Notes: generated by a model from the letters alone, not told the origin. Positions 56,369 through 63,508 are shown, counted from the stretch's first letter. The stretch: DNA of 64,000 nt from an uncultured virus (IMG/VR IMGVR_UViG_3300031111_000236) (IMGVR_UViG_3300031111_000236); one strand, 5' to 3'. Translations and numbers: made by a program.

Positions 56369-57412
56369 ATGACCAAGAAAAAGGGCTTTCGAGGCAATCC
56401 CCAGACACACAGGCTCAATGCACACGGAATACATAACGAGAGGGCTTTTGCCTCCTCTTCACCAAGCATGATAAACGTGCAAGCTCGTGCTGTCACACCC
56501 ATACAAAAGAGCCACAGTTACTCAGACAGGTCAGAACCCTCTGGTAAGGTCAACAACGGTGGCTACGTGGACGAGTACCTTGTGTTGGTCGAGAAGAAGA
56601 CGGTGGAAGAGGCTACAATCAAGCCTGGTGACGAGATAGAGATGACCTTCGCAGGGGCTCCCAATGATTTCCCGAGGCCCTGGACTCTCGTTAGTGCCAG
56701 GGACGAGTACTCTACGGTATCCTACAGCAACACCCCAACCGTAGTAGTGCGTGCGGCCAATGGCAAGGAGATGACTCTCAAGAACGCACAGGTGTATAGC
56801 CCACACAAGCCCGAGAAGTCGTTCGGGTATTGGGTCAAGCCCAAGGGCCTCCCCCCGAGATACGAAAAGTACGTGACCATCCAGGACGAGGTAACTCTCC
56901 TCGAACTCATAAAGAAAGAGGACCAAGGCGGTATCAACGAGTACATAGAGAAGATGTACGAGAGGTCTGGAATAGACAAGAAGAAATACCCGCTCAACTT
57001 CTTCAGGGTGGATGTCATTAACGGTCTCTGGTACAAGGGACTCGTGAAGCAAAAGAACAGTCGCATGGCTATCTCCAAGCATGGTGAGAAGGTTCTCAAG
57101 AGTGGGGCTTTCGGCTCTGCTCAGATGCGTGATTGGGAGAAGAACAAGGTTGTTAAGATGGACGATGAGGACATCGAGATATTCGATGCCAAAACCCAGA
57201 AAATGATACGCAAGTACATGAAGAAGGGTAACCTCTACTATATGTTCGGCTTCCTGGTCTTCGAAGATGACAAGTCTCTACGTATCGTCGGAGAGAACGA
57301 CTCTTATGATGATTACACTATCAGGATGAGAACCAAGGACTTTGATAAGGTGTACGATAGACTGGAGAACGCAGACGGTGGCGTTTACGCCACAACCGAA
57401 GGCTGGAAGTGA
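56369..57412 (+). CDS. Multi-domain hypothetical protein with RHG-type leader
   Basis: GFRGNPQTHRLNAHGIHNERAFA. Confidence 0.75.
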   Translation: MTKKKGFRGNPQTHRLNAHGIHNERAFASSSPSMINVQARAVTPIQKSHSYSDRSEPSGKVNNGGYVDEYLVLVEKKTVEEATIKPGDEIEMTFAGAPNDFPRPWTLVSARDEYSTVSYSNTPTVVVRAANGKEMTLKNAQVYSPHKPEKSFGYWVKPKGLPPRYEKYVTIQDEVTLLELIKKEDQGGINEYIEKMYERSGIDKKKYPLNFFRVDVINGLWYKGLVKQKNSRMAISKHGEKVLKSGAFGSAQMRDWEKNKVVKMDDEDIEIFDAKTQKMIRKYMKKGNLYYMFGFLVFEDDKSLRIVGENDSYDDYTIRMRTKDFDKVYDRLENADGGVYATTEGWK

Positions 57413-57416
57413 TGAT

Positions 57417-57680
57417 ATGGCGGACTTCTTTCAAACAGTGGGACTTGGAATTGCTGTAGGTATCTCCGTAGTACTCGGCTTGATACTCGGGTGGGCCATG
57501 TACTTTAACGCTAAGAAGTGCGGCAGGAGCACGGTCTGGGGCATAGCCTACATCATATTCTCGCCAGTGATGACACTCTTGAGCTTCCTGGGGTTCCCAG
57601 GAGCATGGGCTTTCGCCTACCTTCCCTGGCTCATCATAGTCGGATACCTCTTGACAGGGGCCAACAAGTGCTCGACGTGA
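57417..57680 (+). CDS. Small membrane protein
   Basis: Three hydrophobic segments. Confidence 0.6.
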   Translation: MADFFQTVGLGIAVGISVVLGLILGWAMYFNAKKCGRSTVWGIAYIIFSPVMTLLSFLGFPGAWAFAYLPWLIIVGYLLTGANKCST

Positions 57681-57684
57681 GACG

Positions 57685-58071
57685 ATGTACAAGGCCGCCC
57701 TCCTTGGTCTAATTACTCTCCTGGTACTCGCACCATTGTGTATACTTGTAATTGAAGAGTTCAGGGACCAGCCAGACATAGAGGAGACGACTACACTCGA
57801 TTGGTGGTCTGTAGTTCACTTCGGCTCAGGCGTGGTGCTCTTTCTGGTCCTATCAAGGATTGGATTTTCGCCGAGAGCGAATATCATAGTCACTACTGTG
57901 CTTGGCTGTCTGTTTGAGGTGGTCGAGCACCTCCTCATTGAACCTCTTGCCATGTTTGGTGGTAGAGAGCTGGTTTTCAATATAGGGGCAGATATGCTCC
58001 TCGTCTATTTGGGTGCTATCACGGCGATGTGGATATGGTGTCGCAAGACAGAGTGCCCTCTTGATGTTTAG
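57685..58071 (+). CDS. Membrane protein, possible intramembrane metal-dependent hydrolase
   Basis: DWWSVVHF..G, FEVVE, E...N..AD in TM helices. Confidence 0.55.
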   Translation: MYKAALLGLITLLVLAPLCILVIEEFRDQPDIEETTTLDWWSVVHFGSGVVLFLVLSRIGFSPRANIIVTTVLGCLFEVVEHLLIEPLAMFGGRELVFNIGADMLLVYLGAITAMWIWCRKTECPLDV

Positions 58072-59045
58072 TGAGAGTACTCTGAATAGGTTGAGTAGGC
58101 AAGTGCACCCTGTATCAAGAGGACTATCTCATCGACGACCCTCTTGTACTTCTTGATATCAATGCAGTGGATACCGCCAACGTTGACGTGGCCGCCTCCA
58201 CCGTATCTCTTCATGATGTCACCGATGTTTGGGACTGTGCGCTTCTGGTCCTTCTTGAATATGTTCATGCCAACGTTCATCCTCACGAACTCGGGAGAGT
58301 CGCCGTAGAAGCTCACGCTGATGAGATACTCCACCTCGGGGTACTCAGCGTATATCTCGTACAGGCTATCGGAGAACCCTGGTATGTCGCATACGTCAAG
58401 GACGGCTACACCATGCTCCCTGATATCGAGCCTCCTCTTGGTGATGTCCTTGAACGACTTTTGCTTGTCCCTCTTGTCGAAGAACCGCCTCTTGGCCCAA
58501 TCGCTGTTAGCTATATCGCTAAAGCTCTTGCCTCTCATAAGCTCTGATATGACCCAACGCCTGTAGTCGTCGTCCTCTCTTCTATTTCCGCTCCTGAGCG
58601 TGATGGAGATGATACCAGCGGTGCTCGGGTTGAGTACCTCCTCTGGTGTCAGGTCCCCGCTGTCTATCTTGTTGGTGTACTTCAGGATAGACTGGAACCT
58701 CCTGTTGCACGGTAACTTGGAGGCGTACATCCTGTATATGACGGCGGCACAGCTCGGCTCAAGGAACCAGTGCCAGACACCGATACTGTCGTCGTTAGAG
58801 TCGATGTTAGGCTTGTTCGAAATGTGGTGGTCGGCCCAAAGCCCTGCTACTTTCGGTTGCGGGAGGTCGCAGACGATATCCCTCTTGGTCGTGTAGACCT
58901 GCCCTGCTTTCATATCGTTCGGGGTAGTGAAAATAATGTTCTCCACAGGTATCTTGAATATGGTAGCCATGAAGAACCCACTTATCACCCCGTCGAGGTC
59001 GTCGTGTGTAATTATTCTGTCGTATTTGCACATAGGCATCACCAC
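58068..59045 (-). CDS. DHH/DHHA1 phosphoesterase (NrnA/nanoRNase-like)
   Basis: THDDLDG, CDLP, ADHH, GGGGHVNVGG. Confidence 0.85.
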   Translation of the reverse strand: MVMPMCKYDRIITHDDLDGVISGFFMATIFKIPVENIIFTTPNDMKAGQVYTTKRDIVCDLPQPKVAGLWADHHISNKPNIDSNDDSIGVWHWFLEPSCAAVIYRMYASKLPCNRRFQSILKYTNKIDSGDLTPEEVLNPSTAGIISITLRSGNRREDDDYRRWVISELMRGKSFSDIANSDWAKRRFFDKRDKQKSFKDITKRRLDIREHGVAVLDVCDIPGFSDSLYEIYAEYPEVEYLISVSFYGDSPEFVRMNVGMNIFKKDQKRTVPNIGDIMKRYGGGGHVNVGGIHCIDIKKYKRVVDEIVLLIQGALAYSTYSEYSH

Positions 59046-59169
59046 TGATATTGGTGTCAGGAGTTATAATGGGTCGGCGGGAAGCTCGTGTTTTGAAGAC
59101 AATAGAAGTGCACCGCCCTTCCCAAAACCTTATTTACTTCGACCCTCTCTTGATGCTTGATGATAGTCG

Positions 59170-59682
59170 ATGACGTGGAAATGGGAAAAGCTGGAGGCAC
59201 AACTCCTGGCAGTCCGAGCCATAAAGGACTACGCAGTTGTGTCTGGGGGCCTCGCATGGCATTTAATGTCGCCGCCCCACGAAGAGAACAAGAAGGTCCA
59301 CGACCACTCTGATGTGGACTTATTCATAATCCCAGAACACTTCGCCACCGCTATTGAAATTCTGAAGAGCATGGACTTCCACCGATGGTGGACCAGGTAC
59401 GATAACATCACTCCCAACTTCTACAGGTATGGTAAGACCACTACCTGGACCAACGGCAAGAGGGTGAAAACCGAGCTTGACCTATTCGTCCGTAAGATGC
59501 CATACCGCATGGTAGGTGAGTTCAAGGTCATAACACCAGAGGCTCTATTACCTCTGTATCAGGAGTGCCACTCAAGTTCGAGATGTGTAGCCGTACAGTC
59601 GGCAATACAGCTCATGAAGAACGGGATAGACCCTCTTGGGCGAATTGAATTAGTGGAGGGGATACCATGCCGACACTCTTGA
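59170..59682 (+). CDS. Pol-beta superfamily nucleotidyltransferase
   Basis: VSGGLAW...HSDVDLF...ELDLF. Confidence 0.7.
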   Translation: MTWKWEKLEAQLLAVRAIKDYAVVSGGLAWHLMSPPHEENKKVHDHSDVDLFIIPEHFATAIEILKSMDFHRWWTRYDNITPNFYRYGKTTTWTNGKRVKTELDLFVRKMPYRMVGEFKVITPEALLPLYQECHSSSRCVAVQSAIQLMKNGIDPLGRIELVEGIPCRHS

Positions 59683-60635
59683 GCAGGAAGGACTTTCGAG
59701 AGGGAGTCTTCAGAAGGGACGGCGGGGTATGCGTTGTTTGCGGTGAGAAGGCCGCAGATGCCCATCACATCGTTGAGCGTGCCTTATGGAATGATGAGGG
59801 CTACTACATGGAGAACGGGGCCTCAGTGTGCACTAAGCACCATCTCCTTGCCGAGAGCAATCACATACCTCCCTGTGTCGTGAGGAGGTACGCTGGTATC
59901 AAGGATACTGTGGTCCCGAAGAGCTTCGACCCTACTCTTGAGTACGATAAGTGGGGCAAGCCGTTCGTGAACCCGACCAGGGACGACATCAAGTACCCTT
60001 CCACCTTCTATCTGAACTTTTCACCAAGTCAGTATGATGAGGAGGGGAAGGCTGAGAACGTAGACAACAAGGACTTCGCCAGGGTCCCTCTTGTAGCCAC
60101 TATCAAGATGGACGGGGCCTGTTGTAAGCTGACACCAGATTACGTGGCCGCTCGTAATGGTTCGCACGCCACCAAGAAGAGCTTCGATATGCTCAAGGCT
60201 ATGCACCCGAGTTTCAAGTACCTGATACCACAGAACGTGAGGGTATTTGCAGAGTGGCTTTACAAGAAACACTCGATACATTACACGGATGACATGGCAC
60301 TCGGCTCCCTCTTGCAGGTTTTCGGAGTTTACTACGTCGATAAGAGGATATGGGGGTCATGGGACGAGGTAGAGGCAATGGCCGCTACTCTTGGGTTTCC
60401 CACCGTTCCTGTTATTTCGAAGTTCGAGGTCGATACCGAGTGGGAGTTCGCCAACAGGGTATCTAAGATGGCCGAGGACATCGTTGCACAGGGTCACGAG
60501 GGTCTTGTGGTCAGGAACGCCTTCGCCTTTCATTACGGGCAGTTCGGACGCTTCATGGGCAAGTACGTTCGTGCTAATCATATTCAGATAAAGGACGAAG
60601 ACGAGCGTACTATCATACGGAACGAGACTGTTTGA
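59667..60635 (+). CDS. HNH-type domain fused to ATP-dependent RNA ligase
   Basis: CVVC...AHHI...NGASVCTKHH; ligase motifs KMDG, FAEW, FGV, EGLVVR, KYVR. Confidence 0.8.
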   Translation: MPTLLSRKDFREGVFRRDGGVCVVCGEKAADAHHIVERALWNDEGYYMENGASVCTKHHLLAESNHIPPCVVRRYAGIKDTVVPKSFDPTLEYDKWGKPFVNPTRDDIKYPSTFYLNFSPSQYDEEGKAENVDNKDFARVPLVATIKMDGACCKLTPDYVAARNGSHATKKSFDMLKAMHPSFKYLIPQNVRVFAEWLYKKHSIHYTDDMALGSLLQVFGVYYVDKRIWGSWDEVEAMAATLGFPTVPVISKFEVDTEWEFANRVSKMAEDIVAQGHEGLVVRNAFAFHYGQFGRFMGKYVRANHIQIKDEDERTIIRNETV

Positions 60636-60689
60636 GCATCGTCCCACAACCCTTAAATATCATCGAGACATAATCAAGAGGGAGCAGAG

Positions 60690-60773
60690 ATGACTCACTT
60701 TACCTATATCGGGACCGCTATAACGGGCGGAACATACGCCAAAACCGCAATTAAGAGCGGTAATGGGCAGTAG
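60690..60773 (+). promoter_or_regulatory. Leader ORF MTHFTYIGTAITGGTYAKTAIKSGNGQ upstream of tRNA cluster 3
   Basis: 23 of 26 non-start codons are amino acids of cluster 3; CTTAAATA at 60652; GGGAG SD. Confidence 0.8.
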
Positions 60774-60884
60774 AATCCCGATGAAGGTGAAGTTCTTGTA
60801 GAAATTTTTTCTGCGTCGCTGAAATTTTTCAAAGAGGGCCTCGCCCTCTCGGTGTTCTTCTTCCATTAGTCGCTCGTAGAGATT

Positions 60885-60959
60885 GGACCCGTGGCCAAGT
60901 TAGGGACGGCAGTGGGCTTTTAACCCACCAAATCCAGGGTTCGAATCCCTGCGGGTCCG
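60885..60959 (+). tRNA. tRNA-Lys(TTT)
   Basis: GTGGG-CTTTTAA-CCCAC. Confidence 0.9.
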
Positions 60960-60970
60960 CTCTATTTTGT

Positions 60971-61044
60971 GGGTCCATAGCTCAGTTAGGTTGAGCAGGG
61001 GACTCTTAATCCCAAGGTCGGGGGTTCAAATCCCTCTGGACCCA
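60971..61044 (+). tRNA. tRNA-Lys(CTT)
   Basis: GGGGA-CTCTTAA-TCCCA. Confidence 0.9.
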
Positions 61045-61138
61045 TTGACCCGAGGTTTACGTCGCAGGGCTGTATCGCAGGTTGCGACGAGGATGAGGTG
61101 GCGACATCCTTCACTCACCTGCGTCGATACGCAACCAT

Positions 61139-61211
61139 GTCACTGTGGCCAAACGGTGAAGGCACTCGGCTGTTAACCGAGAGATTGCAGGTTCGAATCC
61201 TGTCGGTGACG
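61139..61211 (+). tRNA. tRNA-Asn(GTT)
   Basis: CTCGG-CTGTTAA-CCGAG. Confidence 0.9.
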
Positions 61212-61226
61212 TTCAATCATACGCAA

Positions 61227-61333
61227 GCACGGGTGGCCAAGTTGGTAAGGCACTCATCAGGGTGGTGCAAGTCCACGTACAAAATAATCAGCACTGTTGA
61301 GAAGGACCGTGGGTTCAAGTCCCACCCCGTGCG
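61227..61333 (+). ncRNA. tRNA-like RNA with the anticodon loop replaced by a larger structured insert
   Basis: Perfect acceptor, D and T arms; about 39 nt where a 7-nt anticodon loop should be. Confidence 0.7.
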
Positions 61334-61350
61334 TTCAATCGCAACACAAT

Positions 61351-61429
61351 GGGAGTATAGCATAGCCTGGGATTGCGCCAGAGTGAAGTCTTGGTCATTG
61401 CGGGAGTTCAAATCTCTCTGCTCCCACCA
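61351..61429 (+). tRNA. tRNA-Phe(GAA), atypical anticodon arm
   Basis: CCAGA-GTGAAGT-CTTGG; encoded CCA. Confidence 0.75.
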
Positions 61430-61433
61430 TCAT

Positions 61434-61507
61434 GGGCTCGTAAGTCAGTTAGGGAGACTACCTCTCCTGCAAAGAGGAAGCCGAGGGTTCAATTCCCTCC
61501 GAGTCCA
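61434..61507 (+). tRNA. tRNA-Ala(TGC), C33
   Basis: G3:U70; CCTCT-CCTGCAA-AGAGG. Confidence 0.9.
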
Positions 61508-61513
61508 CTATAT

Positions 61514-61587
61514 GCCACCGTAGCTAAACTGGATAAGGCAGTCGCCTTGTAAGCGACAGATTGGGGGTTCGAGTCCCTTCGGTGGCT
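61514..61587 (+). tRNA. tRNA-Thr(TGT)
   Basis: GTCGC-CTTGTAA-GCGAC; U73. Confidence 0.9.
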
Positions 61588-61601
61588 CTTACAAACGCAA
61601 C

Positions 61602-61672
61602 CTGCTCATGGTGTAGTGGTAGCACGGGTGGCTGTAGACCTCCAAGCGGGAGTTCGACTCTCTCTGGGCAGA
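61602..61672 (+). tRNA. tRNA-Tyr(GTA), archaeal/eukaryal type
   Basis: C1:G72, short variable loop, GGTGG-CTGTAGA-CCTCC. Confidence 0.9.
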
Positions 61673-61677
61673 TTCAC

Positions 61678-61751
61678 GGGCTGTTAGCCAAGCTGGTAAG
61701 GCGTTCGGCTCATAACCGAAAGACTCGGGGGTTCGAGTCCCTCACGGCCCA
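61678..61751 (+). tRNA. tRNA(CAT), probably Ile2 rather than Met
   Basis: TTCGG-CTCATAA-CCGAA; GGGC acceptor start like tRNA-Ile(GAT); ATA codon present in the cluster leader. Confidence 0.8.
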
Positions 61752-61764
61752 TTAGATAAGCAAT

Positions 61765-61837
61765 GCTGGCGTGGCTCAGGCAGTAGAGCGTCGCTCTGGT
61801 AAGGCGAAGGTCGTGGGTGCAAATCCCATCGTCAGCT
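61765..61837 (+). tRNA. tRNA-Thr(GGT), atypical T loop
   Basis: TCGCT-CTGGTAA-GGCGA; T loop TGCAAAT. Confidence 0.85.
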
Positions 61838-61840
61838 TTC

Positions 61841-61867
61841 CAAGTGATATCAAGTGATATCAAGTGA
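61841..61867 (+). repeat. Tandem 10-bp repeat CAAGTGATAT x2.7
   Basis: Direct reading of the spacer. Confidence 0.8.
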
Positions 61868-61873
61868 ATCCAA

Positions 61874-61948
61874 GGGCGTATGGCGCAGTGGTAGCGCACT
61901 CGCCTGATAAGCGAGAGGCCGTGAGTTCAAGCCTCACTACGCCCACCA
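61874..61948 (+). tRNA. tRNA-Ile(GAT)
   Basis: CTCGC-CTGATAA-GCGAG; encoded CCA. Confidence 0.9.
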
Positions 61949-61949
61949 T

Positions 61950-62024
61950 GCGAGAGTGGTGTTCAACGGTTCAGCATATCTGGCTTCCAACCAGACGGTC
62001 AGGGTTCGACTCCCTGCTCTCGCA
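61950..62024 (+). tRNA. tRNA-Gly(TCC)
   Basis: TCTGG-CTTCCAA-CCAGA; A73. Confidence 0.9.
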
Positions 62025-62034
62025 CTACAGGAGC

Positions 62035-62223
62035 GTGGTACAATCGGTCTACTGCCCAAGATGCCAGAACAAGATGCGCCGAGTGTTCGACTCGACACAG
62101 ATATGCGACCACTGCCGAACGAGGTGGTCCATAGACGAGCTGAAGATGCCTACCTTGAAGTCCTTTCGTGACAGAATAGACTTCAGGGACATAGAGGAGG
62201 AGTGGGTGTGGAATCCAACATAA
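62035..62223 (+). CDS. Small Zn-ribbon protein within tRNA array
   Basis: CPRC...CDHC; AGGAG before GTG; fills the spacer between the two Gly tRNAs. Confidence 0.55.
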   Translation: MVQSVYCPRCQNKMRRVFDSTQICDHCRTRWSIDELKMPTLKSFRDRIDFRDIEEEWVWNPT

Positions 62224-62295
62224 GCGGTGTTGGTGTTAGTGGTAGCATACCTGGTCGCCATCCAGGAGGGGTGGGTTCGAATCCTGCACACCGCA
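62224..62295 (+). tRNA. tRNA-Gly(GCC), C33
   Basis: CCTGG-TCGCCAT-CCAGG; A73. Confidence 0.85.
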
Positions 62296-62420
62296 CTGGC
62301 CCCTGGCCTATACAATAAGGAGGTGGTACGTCGAGTACGAAAAGAAGTGACACCAGGGGGACGGGGTTCGTCCTCGTCCCCACCCATTTCTTTTTATATC
62401 TCGTGCGTGTAGGATTGCTC

Positions 62421-62969
62421 ATGGAAGTCACTATCGAGATAACACAGTGGTGTGATAGAGGATGTCCCTACTGTTCGAGTAATGCTACAGAGGGCGGGAA
62501 GCATCTGTCTTATCACGATATTCACACTTTTCTTCAGGACGTGTACAAGAAGCACGGCATCTCCAGGATAAACATATCAGGAGGCGAACCTCTCGCTCAC
62601 CCAGACTTCTACATTATCAAGAGGCTCTGTGACAAACTTTGCGATGAGGTTTGGGTCTACACTAACGCTATCCAGAACATCATATTCAATGCTGACTGCA
62701 TGAAGGAAGTCCGAGTACACGCCAATGTGTGTATGACGGCTGGTGACAAGTACATACCGAAGAACGTCGAACAGGTCCACCTCTTGAAGGCCGTTCATAA
62801 GGGCCGAGCAAAGGACATGGAACTGCCCAACATCAAGGCTTCTGGGAATTTTTTCGAAGGTAAGCACGGTGGTTGCTCAAAGTGCGAACACGCCCTTTTA
62901 CAGGCTGATGGTAAGATAGTAGAGGCCCCGTGTAAGAAGGATTACCAATGCTCTATCAAACAGCAGTAG
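62421..62969 (+). CDS. Short radical SAM protein
   Basis: CDRGCPYC, ISGGEP, YTN; C-terminal CxxC...PC. Confidence 0.85.
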   Translation: MEVTIEITQWCDRGCPYCSSNATEGGKHLSYHDIHTFLQDVYKKHGISRINISGGEPLAHPDFYIIKRLCDKLCDEVWVYTNAIQNIIFNADCMKEVRVHANVCMTAGDKYIPKNVEQVHLLKAVHKGRAKDMELPNIKASGNFFEGKHGGCSKCEHALLQADGKIVEAPCKKDYQCSIKQQ

Positions 62970-63433
62970 GAGAGGTAAACGTCACCTATCACCCCATCAG
63001 CTTCGATGACCTTTATTTTGAGGACCTTGAGACTATCAAGAGCTGGTGCAGACTGCCATACAGGAACTACAAGGGGTGCAGGAACGCTAAGGACTGCTCG
63101 TACTTCAGAAACGACCTACAAGAGGTTCTCCGAGAGCACAAGCGACTCTATCTTGTCTGGTGCGATTGGAACCTCGAAGAGTACGCTATTCGCATGAAGA
63201 AAAAGCATCCCGAGTGGTCTGATAGGAACTGTCGCAACCTCTTGAGGTGGCAGTCATCACTCAAGAGTACGCTCCGCAAGTTTATCGAGAGCCGAATGAT
63301 GGGGTGTACGCCATATTGGAACGCCGAGGGTGGAGGAGTCAACTTCTACAGGACGATGCCTAAGTTCGGAGTACCTCTTGAGCTACCACGTGACCTGAAG
63401 AAGGTACGACTCATAGTCGTCGTAGGATGCTGA
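62948..63433 (+). CDS. Cys-containing predicted metal-binding protein (DUF2284-like, tentative)
   Basis: WC..PY...KGC....C and EGGGVNFYRT. Confidence 0.45.
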   Translation: MLYQTAVGEVNVTYHPISFDDLYFEDLETIKSWCRLPYRNYKGCRNAKDCSYFRNDLQEVLREHKRLYLVWCDWNLEEYAIRMKKKHPEWSDRNCRNLLRWQSSLKSTLRKFIESRMMGCTPYWNAEGGGVNFYRTMPKFGVPLELPRDLKKVRLIVVVGC

Positions 63434-63508
63434 ATTGTTACTTATTGTCTTACTACGACGAACAGTTCGTCCGAAACTTTAAATAGTTCGCCGTGCGTTT
63501 GAGATTCG

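Noticed and set aside
61841..61867. CRISPR array
   Set aside because: 10-bp tandem repeat without spacers; no repeat-spacer array seen anywhere in the window
50726..62431. ORFs overlapping tRNA genes (e.g. 50726, 50927, 54156, 61098, and the 5' parts of 51319, 55583, 61864)
   Set aside because: Sequence is explained by tRNA cloverleafs; only the SD-supported or spacer-filling portions were kept
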